From contig JACSRN010000132.1 in NCBI GenBank assembly GCA_014879735.1, positions 81,102 through 145,101 of the forward strand: 64,000 nucleotides of DNA, written 5' to 3'. The notes under the pieces are model-generated. The model did no database searches. It was not told the DNA's origin and worked only from the letters and a program-made list of their open reading frames with translations. Below are positions 25,964 through 36,268 of the stretch, piece by piece. Position 1 is the stretch's first letter. The number at the start of each line of letters is the position of its first letter. The DNA is from Paracoccaceae bacterium. GTDB taxonomy: Bacteria; Pseudomonadota; Alphaproteobacteria; Rhodobacterales; Rhodobacteraceae. Both the position numbers and the translations under genes were made by a program.

Positions 25964-26698
25964 TCACTCCTTCAGGCTGGCGGGCAGGATGGCGGCATCT
26001 GCCGCAGGCTTCTGGTCGGGGGTCGTGTGGGCGGTCAGCGCGTCGCAGTCATAGATCGGCCGGGACGAGGCGAAGCCCGGCTCATCGGGCAGGACGAATT
26101 CCATTGGACTGCCATCGATCGGCCGCCACTGGCCATCGCCCAGATCGGTTTCGCCCGGGCCGGCAAAGAACAGCCGCCACTCGCGGCTGATGTATTCGTT
26201 GCCATGTGCGGCATGCAACTGGTTGCCCGCATCGTCCGTTTCGATGAAATCGAACTCGGTCACTTCCAGCGGGATATGGTCGATGGTCAGCACCTGCCCG
26301 GTCAGCCGGTCGGCACCCTGCACATTGGAATGGGTTCCGTCGTCGCGCGAAAGACTGAAGACATAGGTATCGGCGCCGGTCGCGATCAGTTCGGAAAAGC
26401 TGGCCGCGTCCTCGGGGTTCGGATCAAGTATCTGGCGCACCGGCGGATTGCTTTCCAGGCTTTCCACCCATTCCGTCTCGAAGTTGATGCGCGAGACGAA
26501 GAACAGCCCTTCCTGATCGAAATCGGCACGCCACTGGTCGCCCGGGGCATCGGCGGCACAGCGATAGTGGTTCGAGACGCGACAGCCCTTCGACTGCACG
26601 GTCAGAAAGATCTGACAACCTTCGGGCGGCTGCCAGGTGCCTGCGGCGGCGGCAGGCAGGGGAGCAAGTAGCAGGGTCAGGGCAAGTGCGTGTTTCAC
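25964..26698 (-). CDS. Hypothetical secreted protein
   Basis: Signal peptide (MKHALALTLLLAPLPAAA); four Cys (GC..C..C...YDC); lies between gltD and gltB. Confidence 0.75.
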   Translation of the reverse strand: MKHALALTLLLAPLPAAAAGTWQPPEGCQIFLTVQSKGCRVSNHYRCAADAPGDQWRADFDQEGLFFVSRINFETEWVESLESNPPVRQILDPNPEDAASFSELIATGADTYVFSLSRDDGTHSNVQGADRLTGQVLTIDHIPLEVTEFDFIETDDAGNQLHAAHGNEYISREWRLFFAGPGETDLGDGQWRPIDGSPMEFVLPDEPGFASSRPIYDCDALTAHTTPDQKPAADAAILPASLKE

Positions 26699-26775
26699 CG
26701 GGATCCCATCCTTCCATGCGGCCCACCGTGGCGGGCGCTGAATGTTTCGTGCCGGGGCGGGCAGGCGGCTGCAGG

Positions 26776-28212
26776 CTATTCCGCCGCCATCGCCCCCGTC
26801 TGGGCAAGGTAGTCCAGGATCGAATCGGCCGCATCGCGCCCGTCGCGGATCGCCCAGACCACAAGGCTGGCGCCGCGCACGATGTCGCCTGCGGCATAGA
26901 CGCCGGGCAGGCTGGTGGCATGGCTGCGGAAATCGGCCTTGATCGTACCCCAGCGGGTAACGGCCAGTTCCGGGACGCCCCAGAGCGTTGGCAAATTCTC
27001 GGGCTCAAAGCCCAGCGCCTGCACCACCAGTTCCGCGGGTTCGGTATAATCGGCGCCCTCGATCACCTCGGGGCTTTGCCGACCGCTGGCATCGGGCGCA
27101 CCGAGGCGCATCTTCTGGACCAGGACGCCCTCGACCCGCGTGCCGCCAGTGAAACCTTTTGGCGCCGAAAGCCAGACGAATTCGACGCCCTCCTCCTCGG
27201 CGTTCTGCACTTCGCGCTGGCTGCCGGGCATATTGGCCCGGTCGCGGCGATAAAGGCATTTCACCGAGGTCGCCCCCTGGCGGATTGCCGTGCGCACGCA
27301 ATCCATCGCCGTGTCGCCCCCCCCTATGACGACAACGCGCTTGCCGGCCGCATCCAGCATGCCGTTCGAGAAATCCGCCACCTCGTCGCCGAAGGACAGC
27401 CGGTTCGACGCCGTCAGATAGTCCAGCGCCCGGACGATACCCGCAGCGCCCGCGCCCGGCGCCTCGATCCCGCGGGTCTTGTAGACGCCGGTCGCGATCA
27501 ACACCGCGTCGTGCCGGCCACGGATGGCATCGAAGGTAAGATCCTGACCCACAGCGCAATTCAGCACGAGTTGCACGCCAGAGGCTTCGATCTGTTCGAT
27601 CCGCCGCTGCACCACCGGCTTTTCCAGCTTGAAACTGGGGATACCATAAGTCATCAGCCCGCCCGCCCGGTCGTAACGGTCATAGACCGTAACCTGCAGG
27701 CCAGCACGGCGCAGCCGGTCGGCCGCCGCCAGCCCGCCGGGGCCGGCGCCGATGATGCCCACGCTTTCAGCCCGTTCCCTTGCCGGACGGGCCGGCTGGA
27801 CCCAGCCTTCATCCCAGGCGGTATCCGTGATGTATTTCTCGACCGCGCCGATGGTCACGGTGCCGTGCCCGGCCTGTTCGATCACGCAATTGCCTTCACA
27901 GAGCCGATCCTGCGGGCAGATCCGTCCGCAGATTTCGGGGAAGGTGTTGGTGGCCTGCGCGGTTTCCCAGGCTTCGCGCAGCCGGCCCTCGGCGGTCAGG
28001 CGCAGCCAGTCGGGGATGTTGTTGTGCAGCGGGCAATGCGCCTGGCAATAGGGCACACCGCACTGGCTGCAGCGGCTGGCCTGTTCCGCAGCCTTGGCGG
28101 TGGCAAAGTCGCGGTAGATCTCGTCGAAATCATGGGCGCGCGCCGATGCTTCGCGTTTCTCGGGCATCTCTTTCCCGATGGTGACGAATTTTAGCATCTT
28201 CTGCGTGGCCAT
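26776..28212 (-). CDS. gltD: Glutamate synthase small subunit
   Basis: RCSQCGVPYC..HCP, ICGRICPQ..CE..C, GAGPGG, VIGGGDTAMDC, GDIVRGASLVVWAI. Confidence 0.96.
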   Translation of the reverse strand: MATQKMLKFVTIGKEMPEKREASARAHDFDEIYRDFATAKAAEQASRCSQCGVPYCQAHCPLHNNIPDWLRLTAEGRLREAWETAQATNTFPEICGRICPQDRLCEGNCVIEQAGHGTVTIGAVEKYITDTAWDEGWVQPARPARERAESVGIIGAGPGGLAAADRLRRAGLQVTVYDRYDRAGGLMTYGIPSFKLEKPVVQRRIEQIEASGVQLVLNCAVGQDLTFDAIRGRHDAVLIATGVYKTRGIEAPGAGAAGIVRALDYLTASNRLSFGDEVADFSNGMLDAAGKRVVVIGGGDTAMDCVRTAIRQGATSVKCLYRRDRANMPGSQREVQNAEEEGVEFVWLSAPKGFTGGTRVEGVLVQKMRLGAPDASGRQSPEVIEGADYTEPAELVVQALGFEPENLPTLWGVPELAVTRWGTIKADFRSHATSLPGVYAAGDIVRGASLVVWAIRDGRDAADSILDYLAQTGAMAAE

Positions 28213-28374
28213 GGCTGCGCGTCCCTGTCCGGTTGCCTCGGGTGCATCTTGGTAGTCCGGTTCCCGGGAGAATAAAAGTAAGCTATGCTGACCTAAATGG
28301 AGGATTTTTTGGCGTCTGGGCGGAATTTTCCCGCCTGCACTCCGATTTTAGGTCAGCTTGGGTTCCAAACTTTC

Positions 28375-29178
28375 TCAGAACCCAAGCCAAAGCGCCGCAA
28401 GTGCCGCTGTCCCCACGATGATTCGCCACCAGCCGAAAACCGCATAGCCGTGCTGGCCAAGGTAATTCAGCAGCCAGCGCACCACGACAACGGCGGTCAC
28501 GAAGGCCACGGCAAAGCCGATGGCGATCTCGTGCCAGGTGGCGAAGTCCAGAACATCGCGGTTCTTGTACAGATCGTAAGCCACCGCCGCGCCCATGGTC
28601 GGCAGCGACAGCAGGAATGAAAACTCGGCGGCCGCGCGCTTTTCAACACCCAGAAGCAGCCCGCCCACGATCGTTGCTCCCGACCGCGAGACGCCGGGCA
28701 CCATGGCAAGGCACTGGAAGATGCCGATCACCAGCGCCTTGCCAAAAGGCACTTGCAACGCATCGGTGATTTCCGGAGGCTTGGGTGCCAGCCGCTCGAT
28801 GAACAGAAGCACCACCCCGCCCAGAATCAGCATCACGGCGATCAGCACCGGCGTCTCGAACAGCACGGTCTTGATGAAATCGTGCAGGAGAAACCCCACC
28901 CCCACTGCCGGCAGGAAGGCCAGCGTCACCGAAAATATCGCGCGACGCGCCCAGTCTTCGGTGCGGGCAGCAGCAAAAAGATGCCCCAGCTTTACCGCGT
29001 AGACCGAGAACAGCGCCAGGACCGCGCCCAACTGGATGACGACCTCGAAGGTCTTGCCCCTCGACTCGAAACCCAGGAAATGACCCGCAAGCAGCAGATG
29101 TCCTGTCGATGAGACCGGGATGAACTCTGTCAGCCCTTCCAGCAGACCCAGAAAGGCGGCGGTCAGAGTGGTATCCAC
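28375..29178 (-). CDS. uppP: Undecaprenyl-diphosphate phosphatase
   Basis: EGLTEFIPVSSTGH, FEVVIQLGA, PGVSRSGATI, AAEFSF. Confidence 0.95.
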   Translation of the reverse strand: MDTTLTAAFLGLLEGLTEFIPVSSTGHLLLAGHFLGFESRGKTFEVVIQLGAVLALFSVYAVKLGHLFAAARTEDWARRAIFSVTLAFLPAVGVGFLLHDFIKTVLFETPVLIAVMLILGGVVLLFIERLAPKPPEITDALQVPFGKALVIGIFQCLAMVPGVSRSGATIVGGLLLGVEKRAAAEFSFLLSLPTMGAAVAYDLYKNRDVLDFATWHEIAIGFAVAFVTAVVVVRWLLNYLGQHGYAVFGWWRIIVGTAALAALWLGF

Positions 29179-29182
29179 GATG

Positions 29183-30169
29183 TCAGGCCTTCTTCAGATT
29201 CCTGGCCGAATCCTTGATGGCGGCAAACTGCCCCGAGGGGCGGTAGCGCCACAGGTATTCCGGCAGCACCACATCCACCGCCATCGGGTCGATGCCGAGA
29301 TCCGGCAGGCCCTTGGCCCCCGGCGCCACCACATTGTCATGGCGCAACTGGGTCAGTTGGTCGCGCGTCATGATCTTGTTCGGGAACAGCCTGCCCGTCA
29401 GCACCGAGCCGAAGTCCAGCAAGGCCGCCACGATCCGCATCGGCCATTCCGGGATCCCGAGGATCAGCCGGCGCCGCATCGCCTGCCGGGCGGTTTCCTG
29501 GACGATTCCGCGCAGCGTCATCACATCGGAACCGCCGAGTTCGTAGATGCCAGGCGCCGCCTCGCCGGTGGCCCCCTTCACCGCGGCCAGAGCAACATCA
29601 TCGGCATAGACCGGCTGGAACTTCGTTGCGGCATGCGGCAGCAGAATCACCGGCAAGGCCGCAACCATGCCGCCAAACCGGTTGAACAACCCGTCGCCCG
29701 GCCCGAAGACCACCGAGGGGCGCAGGATCACCGCAGCGGGGAAGGCGGCGAGCACGGCCTGTTCGCCCTTGCCCTTCGATCGGGAGTAAAGCGAATCCGC
29801 CTCGGGATCGGCACCGATGGCCGAAAGCTGGACCAGATGGGCGACACCCTCGTCGGCCGCGATCCGGGCGATGCGGCCGGCGCCCTCGGCCTGGACCGCG
29901 GCGAAGTTGTTCTTGCCGCCACGATCGAAGGTGCCGACACAGTTCACCACCGCATCCGCCCCGCGCATGGCGGCACGAACCGAGCCATCGTCGCGGATGT
30001 TGCACAGCACCGGCTCAACCTGGCCCGGCACGCCGTAAGGTTTGACAAACAGCGCCTCGTTCGGCCGGCGCACGGCGACGCGGACGCGCCAGCCGAGCTT
30101 TGCCATGCGTCGCGCGATCAATCGCCCGATGAACCCCGAGCCGCCATAGATCGTGACCAGCTTGCTCAT
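29183..30169 (-). CDS. Complex I NDUFA9-like atypical SDR
   Basis: VTIYGGSGFIGR, RVAVRRPNEA, YSRSKGKGE, LRPSVVFG. Confidence 0.88.
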   Translation of the reverse strand: MSKLVTIYGGSGFIGRLIARRMAKLGWRVRVAVRRPNEALFVKPYGVPGQVEPVLCNIRDDGSVRAAMRGADAVVNCVGTFDRGGKNNFAAVQAEGAGRIARIAADEGVAHLVQLSAIGADPEADSLYSRSKGKGEQAVLAAFPAAVILRPSVVFGPGDGLFNRFGGMVAALPVILLPHAATKFQPVYADDVALAAVKGATGEAAPGIYELGGSDVMTLRGIVQETARQAMRRRLILGIPEWPMRIVAALLDFGSVLTGRLFPNKIMTRDQLTQLRHDNVVAPGAKGLPDLGIDPMAVDVVLPEYLWRYRPSGQFAAIKDSARNLKKA

Positions 30170-30327
30170 GCGGAAACCCCCCCTTGCGGGCCATTGTCCC
30201 TGGCCGATCAATACCTGCGGCGCGACAGGCCAGCAAGACCAAAGCCCGCGCAGGAAATTTCTTTCCCGGCCCGACGGGGCGTGTTGACTTCCCCAATCCC
30301 GCCGGCTAAATCGCCCCTCACGACATC

Positions 30328-30412
30328 GCCCAGATGGCGGAATTGGTAGACGCGCTGGTTTCAGGTACCAGTGCCGCAAGGCGTGGAGGTTCGAGTCCTC
30401 TTCTGGGCACCA
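30328..30412 (+). tRNA. tRNA-Leu(CAG)
   Basis: GCCCAGA acceptor stem, anticodon arm CTGGT-TTCAGGT-ACCAG, long variable arm, GGTTCGAGTCC, encoded CCA; 85 nt. Confidence 0.96.
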
Positions 30413-30418
30413 TTTCCC

Positions 30419-30458
30419 ACAGGCCAAGTAGTTGATATTTGACGACTACTTGGCCTGT
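30419..30458. other. 14-bp perfect hairpin containing an IHF consensus site, just 3' of tRNA-Leu
   Basis: acaggccaagtagt/actacttggcctgt; the reverse complement of 30425-30437 is TATCAACTACTTG, matching WATCAANNNNTTR. Confidence 0.6.
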
Positions 30459-31089
30459 TGAAATCCCTTCCATACACGTCACCCGCAACAGCCAGTGCAA
30501 GCGCTGTCGAATGTGGCGGTAAAACACCCGAGCAAGGACTGGAAGACAGGACATTCACCTGATCGCTGGTGCGTGCCTGACCATCGCAACGGCATCACCG
30601 GGAAATGTACGTTCTTCACGGTGACCGGCAGGGCCGAGGCCATCGCCTTCCATGGCCCGCTCGGGCGCTGAACGCCTGAAGGCCCTTCCGACGATGCCGC
30701 AGGAATAGGGCGGGACAGCTCCGGCCAAAGGGGCGGCGGGTGGTCGGATCACCAGAAATCCCTCGGACCATCGCGAGTCGCCTGACCAAGGGGAAGACCG
30801 CATCGGCGACATCGGGCGATCTATCGCCAGCATCGTGCCGATATGAAAGGCGAAGTTACGGCCGCGAAGCGATTCCCGGCCGGGTCAGCCGCCATCGAAT
30901 GCGGGGGACTTGAATGGACATCATCGACGGGAGACCGTTGGCATCTGTCGTGATCGGTTGAACCGAAACCGACCGACGTTCCGGCAGCCCGAAAATCATC
31001 GCTGGTCGCTGTTCCTGCATGCCATGCAACAACTGCAGTCCTTCGGGCGGGACGTCAGTTCCCGCCGCGACGAAATGTTGGTGAAAAGG

Positions 31090-31165
31090 TGGTGCCCCAA
31101 GACGGACTCGAACCGCCGACCCATTGCTTACGAAGCAATTGCTCTACCAACTGAGCTATTGGGGC
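31090..31165 (-). tRNA. tRNA-Thr(CGT)
   Basis: GCCCCAATAGCTCAGTTGGTAGAGC, anticodon arm ATTGC-TTCGTAA-GCAAT, GGTTCGAGTCC, CCA; 76 nt. Confidence 0.95.
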
Positions 31166-31384
31166 CACGCGCGCCTTTTACCTGCGTGATGCGATCTTTT
31201 CAAGACGTCCTGTCGGCGTTGCGAGATCATTGCAAACTGCCAGGGTGAATCAATCTATCCTATTGATATGCATATGTTTTCATCATGACCCCGGACCATC
31301 GGCCCTGTCGGTCGCCATGGTCTGGTCCTGAGGCGGGGGCCGTCCATGCCGGCGCCCGGCCATGTCGTTCGGCGCCGCGCAGCC

Positions 31385-32893
31385 CTAGTTTGCGCGGCGA
31401 AGGATCTCGTCAGGGGGCAGTGGCGGGGTCACGTCTTTCGGCGGCGCGGGCTTGGGGTCCGGCTCGGGTTCAGGATCGGGCTGGCTGGGAATTTCGCGGA
31501 TCATCACCGCGGGCGGTTGCGGTGGAGCCAGGACGAGGCCGGCCAGATCCGGGCGGACGGGCGCGCGGTGGTCGGTCTCGACCTCGCGCCAGCTGAGCGT
31601 ATCGAACCCGTTGCAATTGCCGCAGACCGGCACCCAGTCGTCATGCACCATGCCGCACTTGTCGCAAACCCATTCTGGCCCGCGCGGCGCGGTCAGTGCG
31701 CGCGACAGCGTGGCGCGAACCTGATCGTCGGGCGCGCCGCTGCCACGCTCGGCCGCAGCAAGGATCGTCAGCGCGCGCTGGGTCGGATGCGTCTGGGGCA
31801 GGCTGCCAAGGGCGGCCCGGGCCGCCGGGAAATCCTCGGCCGCAAGCAGAAGCTCGGCCTCGGTCAGCCGCGATTCCTCATGGCCGGGGTTGACCGACAA
31901 CAGGGTGCGGAAGCGCTTCAGCCGCGCCTCGGGCACCTCATCCGGTTCGATTGCGGCAAAGCTGGCGGCAAGATCGGGATGGGGCTGGGCCTCCCAGGCT
32001 TTCTTCAGAATCCGCGTCGCACCACGCTTGTCGCCCTTCTCGATCATCGCCCGCGCAGCAATCACCGCGGCCGGGATCAGGTCGGGCGACTGGCGGTTTG
32101 CCTCGATCGCGGCATCGCGCGCCTCGGCCGTGGCGCCTTCGTCGAGGATGGTCTTCGCTTCCTGCAGGGCCAGAAGCGCATCGCGCCGGCGATAGACGCT
32201 GCGCGGCAGCCCGCCGGTGCGAAGCTTTTCCGCCAGGGTGCTGCGGGCGCCCTTCCAGTCGCCGCCCTCGGCCTGGAGTTTCAGCAAGACATCCTGGGTC
32301 TCGGCATGGCGCGGCTTCAATGCGAAGGCCTGTTCGGCAAGCTTCAGCGCCGTCGCGGTATCGCCCTCGGCCAGCTTCTGCTGCAGAAGGCCACGGACCG
32401 CGACAAAGCGGGTTGCCTCGTTGTTCAGAAGGGCCCGCCAGGCCTCTGTGGCGGTCTTCGTATCGCCGGAAGCCGCGGCCGCCTGCGCGGTCAGAAGGCC
32501 GGTCAGTTCCGGCTTGTGCAACAGCCGTTCGGCCGTCTTGGCACGGGCCAGCGCGCGCGTGGTCTCACCCCCGGCCAGCGCGATCATCCCCTCGCTCAGC
32601 GCCTCATAGCCGCGGCGTTCGCGATTGCGGTCGAAATAACGGCTGAGCGCGGTCTCGTCGCCGTTCAGAAAGCGCAGACTGGCGATGGCCAGATCGATCA
32701 GTTTCAGCAGCAGCCACAGCAGCACAAGCACCGCCAGCAGCGCGATCACGGCCTGCAGCGGGCCAAGCGTGAATTCGTAGTTCCAGACCCAGAGCCGCAA
32801 ACCATCGGTCCGATCCGACAGCGTGCCGGCCAGAACCGCCAAGCCAGCCACGATGGCCAGAAATGCGACAACCTTCAACAGCGACCAGAGCAT
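31385..32893 (-). CDS. HemY-like membrane-anchored TPR protein
   Basis: MLWSLLKVVAF, two N-terminal TM segments, TPR-like helices, WVCDKCG..W.PVCGNC zinc ribbon, Pro-rich tail. Confidence 0.85.
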   Translation of the reverse strand: MLWSLLKVVAFLAIVAGLAVLAGTLSDRTDGLRLWVWNYEFTLGPLQAVIALLAVLVLLWLLLKLIDLAIASLRFLNGDETALSRYFDRNRERRGYEALSEGMIALAGGETTRALARAKTAERLLHKPELTGLLTAQAAAASGDTKTATEAWRALLNNEATRFVAVRGLLQQKLAEGDTATALKLAEQAFALKPRHAETQDVLLKLQAEGGDWKGARSTLAEKLRTGGLPRSVYRRRDALLALQEAKTILDEGATAEARDAAIEANRQSPDLIPAAVIAARAMIEKGDKRGATRILKKAWEAQPHPDLAASFAAIEPDEVPEARLKRFRTLLSVNPGHEESRLTEAELLLAAEDFPAARAALGSLPQTHPTQRALTILAAAERGSGAPDDQVRATLSRALTAPRGPEWVCDKCGMVHDDWVPVCGNCNGFDTLSWREVETDHRAPVRPDLAGLVLAPPQPPAVMIREIPSQPDPEPEPDPKPAPPKDVTPPLPPDEILRRAN

Positions 32894-32903
32894 CCGGGTC
32901 TCC

Positions 32904-34061
32904 TCACGGGGCGGTAGGGGCGGGCAGCGCAGCGAGCGCCTGTTCCGCGGCAAGACGATCCTGCGCCAGGGCCACCCAGCCCGCCATGGCAGACTGCGCC
33001 TCTGGCGGCAGCGCTGCAAGTTCGCCAAGCGCGGCCGAAATATCTCCGGCAGCAAGCCCTGCCTCGGCGCGCGACAGGATGGCATCCGGCGAGGTCCCCT
33101 CCTGCGGGGTCAGCGCACGCGCGCCCACCTGGTGCCGCAGAAAACCCCAGAAACCTTCCTCCGTGGCCGGTACCGCCTCCAGTGCTGCGCGGGCGGCGTC
33201 GGGGAAGCCTGCGCGCAGGTCTGCCAATGTGGGCAGGCCGGCTTCGGCATGCTTCGTCAGCGCCTCGGGCGGGACGGCCAGATCCAGCGCCGCCAGCACC
33301 GACCCATAGGGCGCGCCGCTTGTCACCTGCTCTTTCAGCGCGATGAAGGCTGCATCCTTCAACGCCTCGGCCTTGGCGGCCGCCGCCTCGGTCGTGGCTT
33401 TCTCGGCAGCATCCGCCTGCCAGGCCTTCAGTTCTTCCTGCACGATGGCCCGGGTGTCGCCACCGGACTCGCGCAGTGCATTCACCTGATCCTGCAACGC
33501 CGCCAACGCGGCAGGGGTCACGCCCGAATCGCTGGCTTTGGCGGCCGCGGCAAGACTCTTTTCCAGCGCATCGATCCGCGCCGTCACCGCCGAAAGATCG
33601 GGCGGGGCAACAGAAGCGGCGGCGGCCGCCGCCATGTCGGCCTTCTCGCGCAGCTCGGCAAGGGCGGTCTTTTCCTCGGCAATCGATTGATCCAGCGCAG
33701 CAAGCCGGGCATCCAGCGCCGAGAGATCCGGCTCTGACCGCAAGTTCAGCACATTGTAATGCGACAGGCCAAAGCCCGCGGCAAAAGCGACGGCGCCGCC
33801 AAGCAAGGCCGCGACAAAGACCCCGGCGCCACCTTTCCGCGGCACAGGCGCCACCGGGATTGTCGACATTCGTTCCGGTTCAGGGGCGGGTTCGGGGGCG
33901 GCAGGCGTCACGGGCGGTTCGGCCGCACCCTCGGGCGCCGCACTGTCGATACTGTCGGTCATCGTCGGCGTCGGAGGCGCCACGGGCTCGACCGTCGGCG
34001 TATTGGCCGATGGCTCGGCACCGGGTTCTGCCGGGCTGACCGGCTTGTCCTCATCTGACAT
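32904..34061 (-). CDS. COG4223/mitofilin (Mic60-like) membrane protein
   Basis: Pro/Glu-rich N-terminus, one TM segment, coiled coil, C-terminal AILSRAE..L..GD..AAL.EL; hemD-X-hemY context. Confidence 0.78.
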   Translation of the reverse strand: MSDEDKPVSPAEPGAEPSANTPTVEPVAPPTPTMTDSIDSAAPEGAAEPPVTPAAPEPAPEPERMSTIPVAPVPRKGGAGVFVAALLGGAVAFAAGFGLSHYNVLNLRSEPDLSALDARLAALDQSIAEEKTALAELREKADMAAAAAASVAPPDLSAVTARIDALEKSLAAAAKASDSGVTPAALAALQDQVNALRESGGDTRAIVQEELKAWQADAAEKATTEAAAAKAEALKDAAFIALKEQVTSGAPYGSVLAALDLAVPPEALTKHAEAGLPTLADLRAGFPDAARAALEAVPATEEGFWGFLRHQVGARALTPQEGTSPDAILSRAEAGLAAGDISAALGELAALPPEAQSAMAGWVALAQDRLAAEQALAALPAPTAP

Positions 34062-34115
34062 GCGCTGCCTCTGCGGTTGGCCTCACTGCACCCTAAGCGC
34101 GGGAGGCCGGCAGGT

Positions 34116-34859
34116 TCAAGGCAGGCCGGAGGAGATCGCGCGACCGATTGCCACAAGCATTCCGGCGCCATCGGGCGTATCGGCAACGCGGCAACCAGCG
34201 AAACGTTCCGCCGGAACCTCTGCCGCCACCTGCGCGCTGATCGCGACAGCAAGAAGACGGGCCTCGATCCGGGACGGCGCGGCCGCCAGAAACAGCCGGA
34301 CCGACCGCGGCGAGAACAGGGGCAGGATGACGGGACCGGGTCGACCAAGGCAGTCAAGCGCGGCTGCTGTCAGCGGGCGGGGCCTCTGCGCGTAGACGAT
34401 CAGCTCTTCGATCTGGCACTGCGGCAACAGCGCCGCAAGATCGGCGGCGCGGTCTGCTCCGCGCAGCCACAGCAGCCGTGCGGTGTCCCCCGCCGCAGTC
34501 GGGAGAGCAGTATTCAGGGCCGCCGTACCCAGGGTTGCAACCAGCGCTGCGGCATCGGCTTCGATGACAGTGGGGATGAAGCCCGCGGCCGCAGCCCGGA
34601 TCGCGGTGCGTGTGCCGACGCAAAAAGCCGGTCGGGGCAGCGGCGCCAACCGTTCCGCCGCGGCAGCGCCCGCCTCCGACGTCAGGATCACGGCGGCAAA
34701 GGGGCCGGAGGGAACCTGCGGCGTCAGGATCTCGGTCATCATCAGGGGCGAGAGGAGCGGCGCGGCGCGGGCACCATAGGCGTCGGTCAGTTCGGCCGCC
34801 AGCCGGCTTGCCTGCGGTTCCGGGCGCGTGATCAGGATGGGGAAGGATTGTTTCGCCAT
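34116..34859 (-). CDS. hemD: Uroporphyrinogen-III synthase
   Basis: [36 protein letters not shown]. Confidence 0.85.
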   Translation of the reverse strand: MAKQSFPILITRPEPQASRLAAELTDAYGARAAPLLSPLMMTEILTPQVPSGPFAAVILTSEAGAAAAERLAPLPRPAFCVGTRTAIRAAAAGFIPTVIEADAAALVATLGTAALNTALPTAAGDTARLLWLRGADRAADLAALLPQCQIEELIVYAQRPRPLTAAALDCLGRPGPVILPLFSPRSVRLFLAAAPSRIEARLLAVAISAQVAAEVPAERFAGCRVADTPDGAGMLVAIGRAISSGLP

Positions 34860-34902
34860 GCCCCCGATGCTACCTGCGAGGAGCGAGGAGCTACAAGCAA
34901 CC

Positions 34903-35979
34903 ATGACGACGACCATCTTCCTTGGCATCGAATCGAGCTGCGACGATACCGCTGCGGCCGTGGTTCGTCGCGGGGCTGGCGGGGCGGAGATCCTGTCCTC
35001 GGTTGTCGAGGGGCAGGCGCCGCTGCACGCGGCCTTCGGCGGCGTGGTGCCAGAGATCGCGGCCCGGGCCCATGCCGAACGGCTGGACTATGCCGTCGAG
35101 TCGGCGCTTGCCGGGGCCGGGGTTACGCTTGCCGATCTGGACGGTATCGCCGTGACGGCGGGGCCGGGGCTGATCGGCGGGCTGCTGTCGGGCCTGATGC
35201 TGGCCAAGGGGCTGGCGGCGGCAAGCGGGTTGCCGATGGTGGGCGTGAACCACCTTGCCGGCCATGCGCTGACGCCGCGGCTGACCGACGGGATCGACTA
35301 CCCCTATCTGATGCTTCTGGTTTCGGGGGGGCATTGCCAGTTTCTTGCCGTCGAGGGGCCAGAGACCTTTCGGCGGCTAGGGTCCACCATCGACGACGCC
35401 CCTGGCGAGGCCTTCGACAAGATCGCCAAGCTTCTGGCCCTGCCGCAACCCGGCGGCCCGCCCGTCGAGCGCGAGGCGGAATTGGGCGATCCGAAGCGGT
35501 TTGCCTTGCCACGGCCGCTTCTGGATCGCGTGGGTTGCGACATGTCCTTCAGCGGGTTGAAGACCGCCGTCCTGCGTGCGCGCGACGAGATCATCGCGCA
35601 AAAGGGTGGGCTGACCGTGCAGGACCGCCGCGACCTTTGCGCGGGGTTTCAGGCCGCGGTGGCCGATGTCCTGGCGGAAAAGACCCGCCGGGCGCTGGCA
35701 GCCTTCCCCGCTCCGGTGATTGCGGTGGCGGGGGGCGTCGCGGCCAATCGCACGATCCGCACCCGGCTTATGGCGGTGGCCGAGGCTACCGGCACCCGAT
35801 TTCTCGCACCACCGCTGCGGCTGTGCACCGACAATGCGGCGATGATCGCCTGGGCGGGAATCGAGCGGTTTCAGGCTGGCGCCCGCGATGATGCCAGTCT
35901 TGCCGCCCGCTCGCGCTGGCCGCTGGATCAGACCGCCGCGCCGGTCATCGGCTCGGGTCGTCGCGGGGCAAAGGCATGA
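34903..35979 (+). CDS. tsaD: tRNA N6-threonylcarbamoyltransferase
   Basis: [51 protein letters not shown]. Confidence 0.96.
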   Translation: MTTTIFLGIESSCDDTAAAVVRRGAGGAEILSSVVEGQAPLHAAFGGVVPEIAARAHAERLDYAVESALAGAGVTLADLDGIAVTAGPGLIGGLLSGLMLAKGLAAASGLPMVGVNHLAGHALTPRLTDGIDYPYLMLLVSGGHCQFLAVEGPETFRRLGSTIDDAPGEAFDKIAKLLALPQPGGPPVEREAELGDPKRFALPRPLLDRVGCDMSFSGLKTAVLRARDEIIAQKGGLTVQDRRDLCAGFQAAVADVLAEKTRRALAAFPAPVIAVAGGVAANRTIRTRLMAVAEATGTRFLAPPLRLCTDNAAMIAWAGIERFQAGARDDASLAARSRWPLDQTAAPVIGSGRRGAKA

Positions 35980-35995
35980 CAACAGGAGAACCTCC

Positions 35996-36268
35996 ATGCG
36001 CGTGGCGCTGATCTGCATCGACAAACCCGGCCATCTGGATATTCGCAAGGCCAACCGCGACGCCCATCTCGCCTATATCGCCGAAACCGGCGTGGTCGAG
36101 ATGGCAGGCCCCTTCCTCGATGCCGAGGGCGGGATGTGCGGCAGCCTGGTGGTACTGGAGGTGCCCTCCGTCGCCGCCGCGCAGGACTGGGCGGCGGCCG
36201 ACCCCTATGCAAAGGCGGGGCTGTTCCAGTCGGTCGACGCTCGCGCCTGGAAGAAGGTGATCGGATGA
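35996..36268 (+). CDS. YciI family protein
   Basis: DKPG..IR..NRDAHL, AGPFLD, GSLVV, DPYAKAGLF; AGGAG RBS. Confidence 0.88.
   Translation: MRVALICIDKPGHLDIRKANRDAHLAYIAETGVVEMAGPFLDAEGGMCGSLVVLEVPSVAAAQDWAAADPYAKAGLFQSVDARAWKKVIG

Noticed and set aside
30390-31112. Inverted repeat formed by the two tRNA 3' ends read as transposon termini or attL/attR
   Set aside because: The similarity is explained by the universal T-arm/acceptor/CCA sequence; both tRNAs are complete and no duplicated 3' fragment is present.
30910-31248. 112-aa ORF in the inter-tRNA gap
   Set aside because: It runs antisense through tRNA-Thr and has no recognisable features.
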